64,000 nt of DNA, from positions 384,386-448,385 of the forward strand of contig CAMOOO010000001.1 of NCBI GenBank assembly GCA_946621465.1. The letters run 5' to 3'. The translations under genes and the position numbers were made by a program. This document shows positions 39,290 through 49,800 of this stretch, in pieces. The stretch comes from an uncultured Clostridia bacterium. Lineage in GTDB: Bacteria > Bacillota > Clostridia > Christensenellales > DTU072. The notes under the pieces are model-generated. The model saw only the letters and a program-made list of their open reading frames with translations. It had not been told where the DNA came from and did not search any database. The stretch's first letter is position 1. Each line of letters opens with the position of its first letter.

Positions 39290-41385
39290 TCTTGTTCTCC
39301 GGGAATGATTACGTGATTACATTTTTTGCTAGTACAGATATACTGTTTTTTGCCTTCTTTAACGACAATCCTCATTACACTGCAACATTTCGGACAGAAA
39401 ATAGGCGCGGGGATCTCCCAACTCATGAAGTCGCATTCGGGATAATTGCTACATCCGAAGAAAACCTTTCCCATCTTCGTCTTCTTCTTTACGATGTTGC
39501 CGCCGCAACGAGGACATTTCCCTACCACTTCGTCAATGTTTTTGATATTCTTACATTTCGGAAAATTGGGACAAGCCAAAAACTTTCCGTATTTTCCGTT
39601 TCTGACCACCATGTTTGCGCCGCATTTGTCACAAATTACGTCACTGACTTCTTCATCGAGCTTTACCTTTTTTTCCGAAGAATACGCCTTGGATATGCTA
39701 TCCAAAAAGGTGGGGTAGAACTCGGAAATGATCTTTTGCCACTCCGTTCCGTTTACGACGTCATCCAATTTATCTTCCATCGCCGCGGTAAATTTAAGAT
39801 CAACGATATTGGCAAAGTTCTTTTCCATGAACTCGGTTACTTTTATACCCAATTCCGTCGGTTTCATGTATTTGCCGTCTTTCTCCGTATACTCGCGCTT
39901 AGCAAGAACGGATACCACCGAAGCATAGGTCGCCGGTCTACCGATTCCATTTTCTTCCATGCCTTTGATAAACGTAGATTCCGTATATCTGACCGGAGGT
40001 TTAGTAAACTTCTGCTCGTGTTTGATTTCCTTCAGATAAAGAGGTTCTTTCTCATTGAAATCAGGCAATCTGACGTTATCCTCTTCATCTTCGCTTACGT
40101 TGTCATAAGCAACGGTATAGCCTTTGAATTTAACGGTTTTTCCTGTCAATTTAAACCCGTACTTGTCTACTTCGCTTTCATCCTTGTTCACTTCGCCGAC
40201 AATATGAACGTTAAGCGTATTATATATGGCGTCCGTCATCTGGCTTGCCAAAAATCTATCGTAAATCAATTTATATAATCTATACTGATTCTTCGATACT
40301 TTGTTTTTAATGCTTTCCGGAGTACGTGCAATAGATATAGGTCTGATTGCTTCGTGCGCATCCTGCACGTTGCTTCCTTTCGCTGTGTAAACGTTATATT
40401 TTTCCGGTGCATACTCTTTGCCGTAAACCGAAGTAATGTACTCTGAACATTCCCTTTGCGCCTCAATGCTGACTCTGACGGAGTCGGTACGGATATAAGT
40501 AACAAGTGCCGTTAAGCCCTCGCCTTCAATTTCCACCCCTTCGTATAGTTGCTGCGCAAGGCGCATAACTTCGGGCGTTGATATCTGCAATCTGGCGGAA
40601 CCGTCCTGCTGTAACGTACTGGTAGTAAACGGAGGATACGGATGACTTTTACTGACTCTGCGTTTGACCGAATCAACACTGTAGTTTGCCTTATTTAAAC
40701 TTGCTATGATCTGCTGTGCCAGTTCTCCGTTGCCTATCTTTAATTTCTTTCCGTTCAAATCACTGAGAAGTGCTTTCGTTGCGGAAGTTTTCCCTTCTTT
40801 TTGCAAGAAAGCATAAATATGCCAATACTCTTCAGGAACAAATGCTGTGATCTCTCTTTCACGATCGACAATCATTTTCAACGCCGCGCTTTGCACACGA
40901 CCGCCGGAAAGACCTTGCTTGATCTTTTGATTCAGTATCGGGCTGATTTTATAACCGACCAAACGATCAAGAACACGTCTCGCCTGTTGCGCATCAACCA
41001 GATTCATATTTATTTCACGCGGTGTTTTCATAGCGTTATTTACCGCTCTGTAACTGATTTCGTTAAACTCGATTCTGTGACATCCATTACCCAGCTCTAA
41101 TACGTTTTTCAAATGCCAACTGATTGCCTCACCTTCACGGTCCGGGTCGGTTGCGAGGAAAACCTGCTCGCTTTCTTTGACTGCCGACTTTAATCTTTTT
41201 ACAACATCTTGCTTATCTTTTACCATGACATAAGTCGGTTTGAAGTTGTTTTCGATATCGATGCCGAGACTTTTTTCCGGCAGATCGCACACATGCCCAC
41301 TGCTCGCCAGCACACGGAAATCCTTTCCGAGGTATTTCTGGATCGTTTTTGCTTTGGTGGGGGACTCAACAATAACAAGTTTCAT
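39286..41385 (-). CDS. topA: DNA topoisomerase I
   Basis: 699 aa. Has the Toprim N-terminus MKLVIVESPTKAKTIQKYLG and C-terminal CxxC zinc ribbons. Confidence 0.93.
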   Translation of the reverse strand: MKLVIVESPTKAKTIQKYLGKDFRVLASSGHVCDLPEKSLGIDIENNFKPTYVMVKDKQDVVKRLKSAVKESEQVFLATDPDREGEAISWHLKNVLELGNGCHRIEFNEISYRAVNNAMKTPREINMNLVDAQQARRVLDRLVGYKISPILNQKIKQGLSGGRVQSAALKMIVDREREITAFVPEEYWHIYAFLQKEGKTSATKALLSDLNGKKLKIGNGELAQQIIASLNKANYSVDSVKRRVSKSHPYPPFTTSTLQQDGSARLQISTPEVMRLAQQLYEGVEIEGEGLTALVTYIRTDSVRVSIEAQRECSEYITSVYGKEYAPEKYNVYTAKGSNVQDAHEAIRPISIARTPESIKNKVSKNQYRLYKLIYDRFLASQMTDAIYNTLNVHIVGEVNKDESEVDKYGFKLTGKTVKFKGYTVAYDNVSEDEEDNVRLPDFNEKEPLYLKEIKHEQKFTKPPVRYTESTFIKGMEENGIGRPATYASVVSVLAKREYTEKDGKYMKPTELGIKVTEFMEKNFANIVDLKFTAAMEDKLDDVVNGTEWQKIISEFYPTFLDSISKAYSSEKKVKLDEEVSDVICDKCGANMVVRNGKYGKFLACPNFPKCKNIKNIDEVVGKCPRCGGNIVKKKTKMGKVFFGCSNYPECDFMSWEIPAPIFCPKCCSVMRIVVKEGKKQYICTSKKCNHVIIPGEQE

Positions 41386-41388
41386 TTA

Positions 41389-42477
41389 CTACACACTCCA
41401 ATAATTGTGTTTGGTTTTTACGATTAAACCAACAGATTCCATTTTTATTAACAAAGAATTAAGCTGTGGTACGCTGAGGTCCACGATTTGCAATAATTCT
41501 TCAAAATGCATTTCGCCGTTTTTATTCAATTCATCCAAAACGACACTTTCGTTCACATCCAGTTGCAGTGCGCTCGGTTTGGATAAATCGACCCGTTTTA
41601 AGCCGATCTCATCATAGATATCGTTCACCGAAGTAACCGCTCTGGACTGACAGTCCTTTATGTATCTATTACATCCGGCACTGGCAGGGTTGTAGATGCT
41701 ACCCGGTACGCAAAAAACGTCCTTTCCCTGGTCAAGCGCAAAATTGATAGTGAGAATGGTCCCGCTCTTTTCCCCTGCTTCCGTCACGAGAACTCCGCGT
41801 GACATCCCGCTGATGATACGGTTTCTGGCCGGAAAAATATGCGCGTTGACTTTCACTCCCGGTTCGTATTCGGAAATAACCAATCCTCTTTCTACGATTT
41901 CGTCATAAAGTCCTTTATTCTCCGCAGGGTACACAACGTCCACTCCGCAACCGAGGACGGCAATCGTCTTCCCGAAATTATCAAGACAAGTACGATGCGC
42001 GACGGAATCCACTCCTCTTGCCATACCGCTTACGATACAAAACCGTGAACTCAAATCGGCGACGAAGTTTTCCGTGACTCGCACGCCGTATTTGGTTGGA
42101 TACCTCGTTCCGACTACGGCAAATTTGTTTTCGGAAAGAAGCTCGACGTTCCCTCTACAATAAAGCACGATAGGCGCGTCATCATATACGGAAAGACTCT
42201 CGGGATAAGTATCATCCAAAATGGTGATAACGGTGATCCCTTTCCTTTCCAGAACGTTTTCAAGCTCTTCCGTTCCTGTTTGCATACTCATGCAAATTTC
42301 CGTATATTCCTTTTCTCCGACAACGGAAAGAATTTTTTGCCGCCAAAGAGAAATGGTGTCGAATAATATTTCCGGCTTATTATCAAGGACATGCAGTATC
42401 CGACGAGTTTTCACCTGTCCGATACCATTTGCTCGATTGATAACAATAACCGCTTTTTGTCTGTTTGTCAATTTCAT
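41389..42477 (-). CDS. dprA: DNA-processing protein DprA (Smf)
   Basis: 362 aa. Has the Rossmann-like motif SGMARGVDSVAHR and lies upstream of topA. Confidence 0.88.
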   Translation of the reverse strand: MKLTNRQKAVIVINRANGIGQVKTRRILHVLDNKPEILFDTISLWRQKILSVVGEKEYTEICMSMQTGTEELENVLERKGITVITILDDTYPESLSVYDDAPIVLYCRGNVELLSENKFAVVGTRYPTKYGVRVTENFVADLSSRFCIVSGMARGVDSVAHRTCLDNFGKTIAVLGCGVDVVYPAENKGLYDEIVERGLVISEYEPGVKVNAHIFPARNRIISGMSRGVLVTEAGEKSGTILTINFALDQGKDVFCVPGSIYNPASAGCNRYIKDCQSRAVTSVNDIYDEIGLKRVDLSKPSALQLDVNESVVLDELNKNGEMHFEELLQIVDLSVPQLNSLLIKMESVGLIVKTKHNYWSV

Positions 42478-44006
42478 GCAAACACCATTTCCTTTTTATC
42501 GATGGTTTTATACTGTATTGCCTCCGCAATGTCATCTTGGGAGATATTGTCTCTCCCGGCAAGGTCAGCAATCGTTCTGGCGACTTTTAAAATTCTGGTT
42601 GCCGAACGCGGGCTGAGATGTTGCGACCGAAAAACGTTTTCCAATAGTCGTTCGCTCTCGTTGTCGATAGCGCAGAACTTTTTTATCATCCCGTTATTCA
42701 TCTGCGAGTTGGTATAGATCCCGTCGCAGGCAAAACGCTTCCTTTGTATCTCTCTTGCTCTCTCCACACGTTCCCGTACGTCTTTACTCTTTTCCTCCGG
42801 CCTTCTCGAGCGGAATTCATCGTATTCGATATTATCAACAGTAACGTATATGTCTATTCTATCCAGTAGCGGTCCGCTGATCTTTGAAACGTAATTCATT
42901 CTGTCGCGCAACGTACAGGTACATTGTCTGACTTGACTGCCATAGTAGCCACAGGGACAGGGGTTCATACTGGCAATCAGCATAAAATGTGCCGGGTAGC
43001 TCACCGATTTATTGACGCGTGAAACCGATATCGTCCCATCTTCCAACGGTTGACGAAGGGCCTCCAACGTCTTTCTGTTATATTCGGGCATTTCGTCCAA
43101 AAACAAAACGCCGTTATGTGCCAAACTCACTTCTCCCGGAACCGCTTTGTTTCCACCGCCCGTCAAGCTATAAATACTGGCGGTATGGTGCGGAGAGCGA
43201 AAGGGACGACGCTTGACCATACCTTCTTCGGCATGGATCAAACCGCTTACCGAATGAATCTTAGTGACCTCGATCGCTTCTTCAAACGTCATCTTCGGCA
43301 TAATGCCGGTAACGCATTTTGCGAGCATGGTTTTCCCCGTACCAGGCGAGCCGCAAAGCAAAATATTATGCGAACCGCTCACCGCTATCTCCAATCCCCT
43401 TTTTGCCAAAAGTTGACCTTTGACATCGGATATATCGACTTCCGGCAAAAAGTCGTTTTTTACGTCGAAATTGCCCGGCTCAACTGGTTTATAAACCAAG
43501 CCTATCAAAAGATTGACAACCTCGGTTAAACTTTTTAAGGCATACACCTCTGCGCCGTTGACGTATGCTGCTTCCGAGGCATTTTCATACGGTATAATGA
43601 ATTTTTTATACCCCGCCTGCATGGCACTGATAAGTAGAGGCATAACTCCGTTAATTTTTCTCAGTCCACCGTCAAGAGAAAGCTCGCCAAGAAAAACGTA
43701 TTTTCCGCATTGAGAATACGGCACTTGCCCAACGGCGGTAAGATATCCTATCGTAATAGCCAGGTCTAATGCCGATCCTTCCTTTCTCACGTCTGCCGGA
43801 GCCAAGTTAATAACCGTTTTATGCGCGCCGAAATCAAATCCGCTGTTTGTGATTGCGGAACGCATTCTTTCCTTTGACTCCTTAACTGCGCTTGTAGCCA
43901 GTCCAACGATATCCAAAGTCGGCAGCCCGTTTTGCGTAAAAACCTCCACCTCGACCGGAAAACCGTCTATACCGTCCAGAGCATAGCTTTTGATGGTCGT
44001 AAACAT
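42474..44006 (-). CDS. comM: YifB/ComM-family Mg-chelatase-like ATPase
   Basis: 510 aa. Has a Lon-like N-terminal domain, Walker A GSPGTGKTMLA and an MCM-like AAA+ core. Overlaps dprA by 4 nt. Confidence 0.88.
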   Translation of the reverse strand: MFTTIKSYALDGIDGFPVEVEVFTQNGLPTLDIVGLATSAVKESKERMRSAITNSGFDFGAHKTVINLAPADVRKEGSALDLAITIGYLTAVGQVPYSQCGKYVFLGELSLDGGLRKINGVMPLLISAMQAGYKKFIIPYENASEAAYVNGAEVYALKSLTEVVNLLIGLVYKPVEPGNFDVKNDFLPEVDISDVKGQLLAKRGLEIAVSGSHNILLCGSPGTGKTMLAKCVTGIMPKMTFEEAIEVTKIHSVSGLIHAEEGMVKRRPFRSPHHTASIYSLTGGGNKAVPGEVSLAHNGVLFLDEMPEYNRKTLEALRQPLEDGTISVSRVNKSVSYPAHFMLIASMNPCPCGYYGSQVRQCTCTLRDRMNYVSKISGPLLDRIDIYVTVDNIEYDEFRSRRPEEKSKDVRERVERAREIQRKRFACDGIYTNSQMNNGMIKKFCAIDNESERLLENVFRSQHLSPRSATRILKVARTIADLAGRDNISQDDIAEAIQYKTIDKKEMVFA

Positions 44007-44009
44007 TCT

Positions 44010-46094
44010 TCACCCTCTTTTCTTTCCCAACAGCAGGACGAGAACGATAATCAATATCGCACCGCCGCCGACGCCGAGTACTACGCCTAAAAAGGATTTC
44101 ATAGGCCATACTCTACCAAAAACCACAATCGAGGAGTTTTTCTGCGTCTGATAGTCAACGGATGCCTTGTTACCGCTGATTACCAATGCCATTGAAGTTG
44201 TGTTTTTTATAGAAAAAACAATTTTGTTATTAACTATCTTCGTTTCTATTTTTTGTCCGGAAGAAGTATCGTATAATGCAAAATTACGTTCAAGATACCC
44301 TGCCGGGCAATTCATACTGACAGTGATTCCGTTTTCCAAACTCCCATCCAGTGGCTGTCCGTTCAACGTAACTTGCAACGTAAAATAGTCACTGAATCCG
44401 GGATTAAAGCCCGATTGGGACACGAACGCGGTATCGTCACCGTCGTTACTTATCATTGTTAGTTCCAAACTGTTCCCGAAAACGTTTTGATGAAAATCGC
44501 TTTGATCAACGGAGAAAGTGACGGAAGACGAAACATAGTCCGGAGCCGATTCTATAACGTATTTCTTCACCGCAACGGGAAGGTAAAGTTCTTTAATCGC
44601 CTTACCGGATTCAACAATCTCTGCGGTCGTATTTCCCGGGGTATTCAGAATGTAATTTAAAGTAGCGTAGGCTCTGTCAATTCTGTTTTTTGCAAGTTCG
44701 GAACAATTCTTAAAATCCGTCGTTCTATACAATTCGACCAATTCCGCACACAACGCATTAACGGTGTCATCGGAAAAATAATCAACCAAAAACAAATGTT
44801 CCGTAACGTTTCCTACGAAATCGGTCAGCACTATGGTGTGATTATATTCTTCTCCAAAACAGTCGAAAAAAACGGAATAGGAGGTATAGGCATTTTTCGG
44901 CTCTGACGTAAATGTATAATCGGTATCCTTTAACGCCACCGTTTTTATGCCGCTTTCCTGGTTATCCGACGCGGAAAAGGTAAGATGGCAAATCCCGTCC
45001 TCCGCCGTCAGGTCTATCTCTGCCAGTACGGATGCCTTATCAAGGTAAGGCGATCTTACGTCGAACGCCGTACCGGGAAGTTCATAAGAAACGTATTCCG
45101 ATCTGTTACCGGCTTTATCTATAGCAAAAAAGACAAAACTGTAGTTGCGCTGTTCCGTCAAAACAATGGAGTCCTCGTATTCCATCAAAACACCGTTGAT
45201 AAAATAGTTTTGTCTGGATGCAAGACCGCTTTCGTTATCTTCAAAAAACTCCAAAGTGATCGTATAACTCTTTTGATACTCCCCATCGGTTACAAGCGGC
45301 GAAATCTCCATCGAAGGAGACATCGGCGAACGCGAGTCATATTTACTGAAATAATAATCCCTTTGGGCAAAGTTGCCGGCGTTGTCATAAACGATAACGT
45401 TTATTCTACAAGAATAAGTAATAACGACGTACGTCTTATCCGCCGGGACGGAATTATAATATTTTATATCGGAAATTCTTCCGTCATCGTAATAAATGCG
45501 ATAGAAAATCTTTTTAACCCCGGATAAGGTATCGTTACAATTCGTCCACTGGAAAACAACGTCGAAATTGGAACCTTTTGACAGCCATTCGCTTTCATCC
45601 ATGGAATTTGCCGTAGGTAGCGTTGGCGCAGTGCTGTCGCATCTGACAGTCGTACTCTTTTTTTCCAAAAAGTTTTCATCGGAAGAATAGACGGAGCAGC
45701 TGACCGTATAAGTACCGGAATCGGAGACGGTATAGGTAACAACGCCCCCTACCGGAACCGGTTGAGGCAACAACCACGAAGGTTCCTCGCCCCCCTGTTT
45801 TACACAAAAAAGCGTATAATAGGAAGCACCGGAAATGGTAAACGTGACTTTTATATTTTTGGCGTAAACGTTGGTGGAGGCGGAAAAATAGGTATTATAA
45901 TCAACGTTATTTTGGTAGATAGGATTGCCGCTTGCGTCAAAGCCGTCCAGATAGGATGCCGTAACCGAAGTTACTTCGACGTAATTATCGGCGTAGGCAA
46001 CCACACTATCATAACCAAAGAAAGAACCTAGGGCACAAAACAGAGCCGTAACTGAAAAGAAAAAAATTAAAATACTAATTTTAATATATTTCAT
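44010..46094 (-). CDS. Cell-surface protein with repeated Ig-like modules and a C-terminal TM anchor
   Basis: N-terminal signal/TM. Recurrent D-x-x-SG-[VLI] strand motifs (DTLSGVKKIFY, DNESGLAS, DNQESGIKTVA). C-terminal hydrophobic helix plus KKRG stop-transfer. No family recognised. Confidence 0.5.
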   Translation of the reverse strand: MKYIKISILIFFFSVTALFCALGSFFGYDSVVAYADNYVEVTSVTASYLDGFDASGNPIYQNNVDYNTYFSASTNVYAKNIKVTFTISGASYYTLFCVKQGGEEPSWLLPQPVPVGGVVTYTVSDSGTYTVSCSVYSSDENFLEKKSTTVRCDSTAPTLPTANSMDESEWLSKGSNFDVVFQWTNCNDTLSGVKKIFYRIYYDDGRISDIKYYNSVPADKTYVVITYSCRINVIVYDNAGNFAQRDYYFSKYDSRSPMSPSMEISPLVTDGEYQKSYTITLEFFEDNESGLASRQNYFINGVLMEYEDSIVLTEQRNYSFVFFAIDKAGNRSEYVSYELPGTAFDVRSPYLDKASVLAEIDLTAEDGICHLTFSASDNQESGIKTVALKDTDYTFTSEPKNAYTSYSVFFDCFGEEYNHTIVLTDFVGNVTEHLFLVDYFSDDTVNALCAELVELYRTTDFKNCSELAKNRIDRAYATLNYILNTPGNTTAEIVESGKAIKELYLPVAVKKYVIESAPDYVSSSVTFSVDQSDFHQNVFGNSLELTMISNDGDDTAFVSQSGFNPGFSDYFTLQVTLNGQPLDGSLENGITVSMNCPAGYLERNFALYDTSSGQKIETKIVNNKIVFSIKNTTSMALVISGNKASVDYQTQKNSSIVVFGRVWPMKSFLGVVLGVGGGAILIIVLVLLLGKKRG

Positions 46095-46254
46095 TTATCC
46101 TTATATAGTCCTTTCGTCCCACATTATATCATAGTCTCATTTATTTTTCAACTGTAATGAGAGTTCTTTTATCATTATTATCGACGATTTAGTTTAACTT
46201 TACCTTAACATCATTTTCCTTTTTTTCATAAAGTGTACTAACAGGAGGTTAATT

Positions 46255-47265
46255 TTGAAAAAAATCACAGCAATTTTACTTATTTCTTTGATAGGTATTT
46301 TCAGTCTTTTCGGACTCATCGCCTGCGAGAAAAAAAGTGAGAAAGGAGTGATCCGTCTCAACGAGACAACACACTCCGTTTTTTATGCGCCCCTATACGT
46401 AGCGCAAAATTTAGGATACTTCTCCGAATACGGACTGACAATTGAATTCACCAACGGAGGTGGTTCCGACAACAGCATGACTGCGCTTATAAGCGGCGGA
46501 GCCGACGTAGCTTTACTTGGCCCCGAAACAGCCGTTTACGTTAAGCAACAAGGCAGCTCCAACGGTGCCGTTATTGTCGGTCAGCTGACCCAACGCGATG
46601 GTTCGTTCTTGATCGGCAGAAAGAAAGAAGACGATTTTAAATGGTCGGATTTACGCGGAAAAGAAATCATCGGCGGTAGAAAAGGCGGAATGCCGGCAAT
46701 GTGTCTCGAGTACGCGATCAACAAAAACGGACTAAAAGACGGAAGGGATCTAAGCATAAATTACGATATTTCTTTCGATATGATTACTTCCGCATTCGAG
46801 AGCGGAATCGGCGACTATTGTACTATGTTCGAACCGTCGGCGAGCCAGTACCAAAAACTCGGTAAGGGTTATATCGTATCCAGTGTCGGTAAAGAAACCG
46901 GAAACGTCGCATACACCTGCTTTATGGTCACGCAAAAGTACCTGTCGGAAAATAGAGAAGACGTAAAATCGTTCATGTCGGCGGTCATTAAGGGAATAAA
47001 TTATTGCTTTACGCATTCAGCGGAAGAAATCGCAGACGCCATTCAACCCAGCTTCTCCACAACAGACAGGGATTTACTCGTTCAATCAGTAAAGAACTAT
47101 ATGGCGATCGACGCTTGGAAAACGGTCCCGACCATGACCGATACTTCTTTTGACGGCTTGCAGAATATTCTACTATCCGCCGGAAGCATCAAAACGAAAG
47201 TAAATTACGGTTCCGATATTGTCGACAACTCCATTGTCGAGGAGATTATTGCGGAGCAACTATGA
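46255..47265 (+). CDS. ABC transporter substrate-binding lipoprotein, NMT1/THI5-like (NitT/TauT family)
   Basis: TTG start 6-7 nt after AGGAGG. Lipobox LFGLIAC. The body resembles NMT1/SsuA-type binding proteins. Confidence 0.7.
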   Translation: MKKITAILLISLIGIFSLFGLIACEKKSEKGVIRLNETTHSVFYAPLYVAQNLGYFSEYGLTIEFTNGGGSDNSMTALISGGADVALLGPETAVYVKQQGSSNGAVIVGQLTQRDGSFLIGRKKEDDFKWSDLRGKEIIGGRKGGMPAMCLEYAINKNGLKDGRDLSINYDISFDMITSAFESGIGDYCTMFEPSASQYQKLGKGYIVSSVGKETGNVAYTCFMVTQKYLSENREDVKSFMSAVIKGINYCFTHSAEEIADAIQPSFSTTDRDLLVQSVKNYMAIDAWKTVPTMTDTSFDGLQNILLSAGSIKTKVNYGSDIVDNSIVEEIIAEQL

Positions 47266-48056
47266 CGCTACTGGAACTGAAAAAAGTAAATTTCTCCTAT
47301 CATAGCAAAGAAGCGGAAACCGTCGCAATAAAAGATCTTTCCTTTACGGTAAATACCGGAGAATTCGTCGGTATAATCGGTCCTTCGGGATGCGGAAAAA
47401 CCACTTTACTCAATTTACTGGCCGGTATTTACGCTCCTGCCTCGGGAGAAATACTTCTTCGGGGAAAAAAGGTATCCGAGGCCGATTCGAAAATCGGACT
47501 CATGCCTCAACGCGATCAACTTTTTCCATGGCGGAATATAGAGAGCAACATCTTGCTTGGGCCTGAGCTATCGGGAAAGAAGAAAAAACAAAGTAGAGAG
47601 TACGCACACTATCTTCTTAGTAAATATGGTTTGGGGGATTTTATCAAAAAATACCCTTCCGAATTGAGCGGCGGCATGCGACAGCGTGCCGCCCTCATAA
47701 GGACACTGGTTCTTCATCCCGATATTCTTCTACTCGATGAACCGTTTTCGGCGCTTGATTTTCAGACGAGAATCAACGTTTGCAACGACGTCTACTCCAT
47801 TATCAAACAGGAAAAGAAAACGGCAATACTCGTCAGCCACGACATCAGCGAATGTATCTCTCTTTGCGACAAAATAATTGTATTGAGTAAACGCCCCGCA
47901 ACTGTCATTTCGGAAATTAACGTTAATCTGGATAGTAATTTATCTCCGCTACAAAAAAGAGAATGTAAAAATTTCTCCGAATACTTTAAAACAATATGGA
48001 AACTACTGGAGGACAAAAATGAGCAATGCACATCGGAATTATCTCAAAAAAAGTAA
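47262..48056 (+). CDS. ABC transporter ATP-binding protein (NitT/TauT family)
   Basis: Walker A GPSGCGKTT, signature LSGGMRQR, Walker B LLLDEPFSALD. Overlaps the SBP gene by 4 nt. Confidence 0.88.
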   Translation: MTLLELKKVNFSYHSKEAETVAIKDLSFTVNTGEFVGIIGPSGCGKTTLLNLLAGIYAPASGEILLRGKKVSEADSKIGLMPQRDQLFPWRNIESNILLGPELSGKKKKQSREYAHYLLSKYGLGDFIKKYPSELSGGMRQRAALIRTLVLHPDILLLDEPFSALDFQTRINVCNDVYSIIKQEKKTAILVSHDISECISLCDKIIVLSKRPATVISEINVNLDSNLSPLQKRECKNFSEYFKTIWKLLEDKNEQCTSELSQKK

Positions 48057-48810
48057 GATAAGAACAATCATAACTCATATACTCCGCATCGGACTACTGA
48101 TTGCAATGATTGCCGGATGGGAATTGATTGCACATTACAAAATCGTCGATCCCTTTATTATTTCCAGTCCGTCAAGAATGGTTAAAGTAATCGTCACACT
48201 CCAACAAAGCGGCGAATTGTTTAACCACATTAAAGCATCCTTTATAGAAACTGTCGCAGGCTTTTTAATTGCTACTGCCGTCGGCACCCTTTTCGCAATT
48301 ATACTTTGGTGGAATACCCTTTTAAAGGATATTATGGAACCGTATATCATCACGCTGAATTCCCTACCGAAAATTGCGCTTGGACCGATCATAATCGTAT
48401 GGATGGGAATAGGAAAACCTGCTATTATATTTATGGCTGTACTGATTTGCGTGATTATCACGATAATAAGTATGCTCTCCGGTTTTATGACCGTTGACAA
48501 AGAGAAAATAATGCTGTTGCGTTCCATGCACGCAAATAAATTCCAAATCATGACGAAACTTATTTTCCCGGCCAACATACCAAATCTTATTTCCGTTCTG
48601 AAAATCAACGTCGGTTTGAGTTGGGTCGGCTCCATTATGGGAGAATATTTAAGTTCGCGCGAGGGGCTTGGATATTTAATCGTCTACGGTTCACAAGTCT
48701 TTCAACTGGATTTGGTTATGGCCAGTACGGTTATTCTGTGCGTCCTTGCCGGCGGAATGTATGCAATAGTTTCTATCCTCGAAAAAATAATAAGAAAAAA
48801 GTTCAGATAA
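48019..48810 (+). CDS. ABC transporter permease (BPD_transp_1 type)
   Basis: 263 aa with 6 predicted TM helices. GGAGGA sits 5 nt upstream of the ATG. Overlaps the ATPase gene by 38 nt. Confidence 0.8.
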   Translation: MSNAHRNYLKKSKIRTIITHILRIGLLIAMIAGWELIAHYKIVDPFIISSPSRMVKVIVTLQQSGELFNHIKASFIETVAGFLIATAVGTLFAIILWWNTLLKDIMEPYIITLNSLPKIALGPIIIVWMGIGKPAIIFMAVLICVIITIISMLSGFMTVDKEKIMLLRSMHANKFQIMTKLIFPANIPNLISVLKINVGLSWVGSIMGEYLSSREGLGYLIVYGSQVFQLDLVMASTVILCVLAGGMYAIVSILEKIIRKKFR

Positions 48811-48816
48811 AAAATA

Positions 48817-48842
48817 ACGGCGCCGCTATTAAGCGACGCCGT
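48817..48842 (-). terminator. Rho-independent terminator after dapA
   Basis: ACGGCGCCGC pairs with GCGACGCCGT (10-bp stem, one mismatch). On the minus strand TATTTTTTAT follows. Confidence 0.65.
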
Positions 48843-48863
48843 GAAATAAATCAAAAACAGTAA

Positions 48864-49754
48864 TTAAACGTTCAATCCGAATTTACGCATTTCCTCAAGC
48901 AAGCGCGCTTTATGGGCTTCTTCCATTTCAGTAAGCGGCAAGCGAATGTTATTCTCACAAAACCCAAGAGCATGCATAGCAGCTTTAACCGGGATAGGAT
49001 TGACTTCACAAAAGAGTGCCTTAATCAAAGGCAACAATTCCAACTGCATTGCAGCACTGCCTTGTACGTCTCCGGTAAAAAACTTTCTGCAAAGCTCAAC
49101 AGTCTGAATGGGTAAAACGTTACTGAGTACGGAAATAACACCTTTAGCGCCCATAGAAAGCATCGGGACGATTTGATCGTCGTTTCCGCTGTATATATCC
49201 AATTTATCGCCAACCAAGCCCATTGTCTCAACCATCTGACCGATATTGCCGTTTGCTTCTTTTATTGCAGCAATATTGGGGTGATCGGCAAGAATGGCAT
49301 AAGTTGACGGTTCGATGTTCATAGAGGTACGACTGGGTACGTTATAAAGAATCACCGGAACGGAACTGGCATCGGCAATCTGCGTGAACATTTTAATTAA
49401 TCCCGCTTGCGTGCATTTATTATAATACGGTGTCACACACAGGAGCGCATCCGCACCCGACGCACACGCACAACGAGCCAGATCAAGAGCGTAAGAGGTA
49501 TCATTACTTCCTGCGCCGGCAATAATCGGGACTCTACCTGCGGCTATTTTGCACGCATAGGTAATGGCATCTCTGTGTTCGGAGTCGGAGAGAGTGGAAG
49601 ATTCTCCGGTCGTACCGCAAACAACAAGTGCCTGCACGCCGCTCTCTATCTGCCAGTTGATCAGTTGATAGAAGTTTTCATAGTCAATTCCGCCATCATT
49701 AAAGGGAGTAATGAGTGCAGTTGCAACGCCTTGAAAAATAGTTTTTTTCTTCAT
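48864..49754 (-). CDS. dapA: 4-hydroxy-tetrahydrodipicolinate synthase
   Basis: 296 aa. Has GVATALITPF, VCGTTGES and the Schiff-base lysine context IAAIKEANG. Confidence 0.9.
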   Translation of the reverse strand: MKKKTIFQGVATALITPFNDGGIDYENFYQLINWQIESGVQALVVCGTTGESSTLSDSEHRDAITYACKIAAGRVPIIAGAGSNDTSYALDLARCACASGADALLCVTPYYNKCTQAGLIKMFTQIADASSVPVILYNVPSRTSMNIEPSTYAILADHPNIAAIKEANGNIGQMVETMGLVGDKLDIYSGNDDQIVPMLSMGAKGVISVLSNVLPIQTVELCRKFFTGDVQGSAAMQLELLPLIKALFCEVNPIPVKAAMHALGFCENNIRLPLTEMEEAHKARLLEEMRKFGLNV

Positions 49755-49800
49755 ATAAATCTCCTAGTGAATAATATATTAGTTCAGTCCCTGAAAAATG

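Noticed and set aside
39241-40278. A 345-aa plus-strand ORF, and other long antisense ORFs (e.g. 25816..26496, 10409..10999, 48135..48635, 31093..31617, 36734..37165)
   Set aside because: All lie antisense to or inside genes with unambiguous family motifs (topA, the LRR giant, ABC ATPase, permease, yloV, hslU). They lack an SD and have low-complexity, Arg/Phe/Ser-rich compositions typical of shadow ORFs.
46095-46254. Possible TPP (or other) riboswitch upstream of the NMT1/THI5-like ABC importer
   Set aside because: NMT1-type HMP/thiamine-precursor transporters are often TPP-regulated. But the 160-nt leader lacks the CUGAGA / ACCUGA / GGG-rich core and is almost entirely AT-rich, with only a weak UGAGAG. 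No convincing fold was found.
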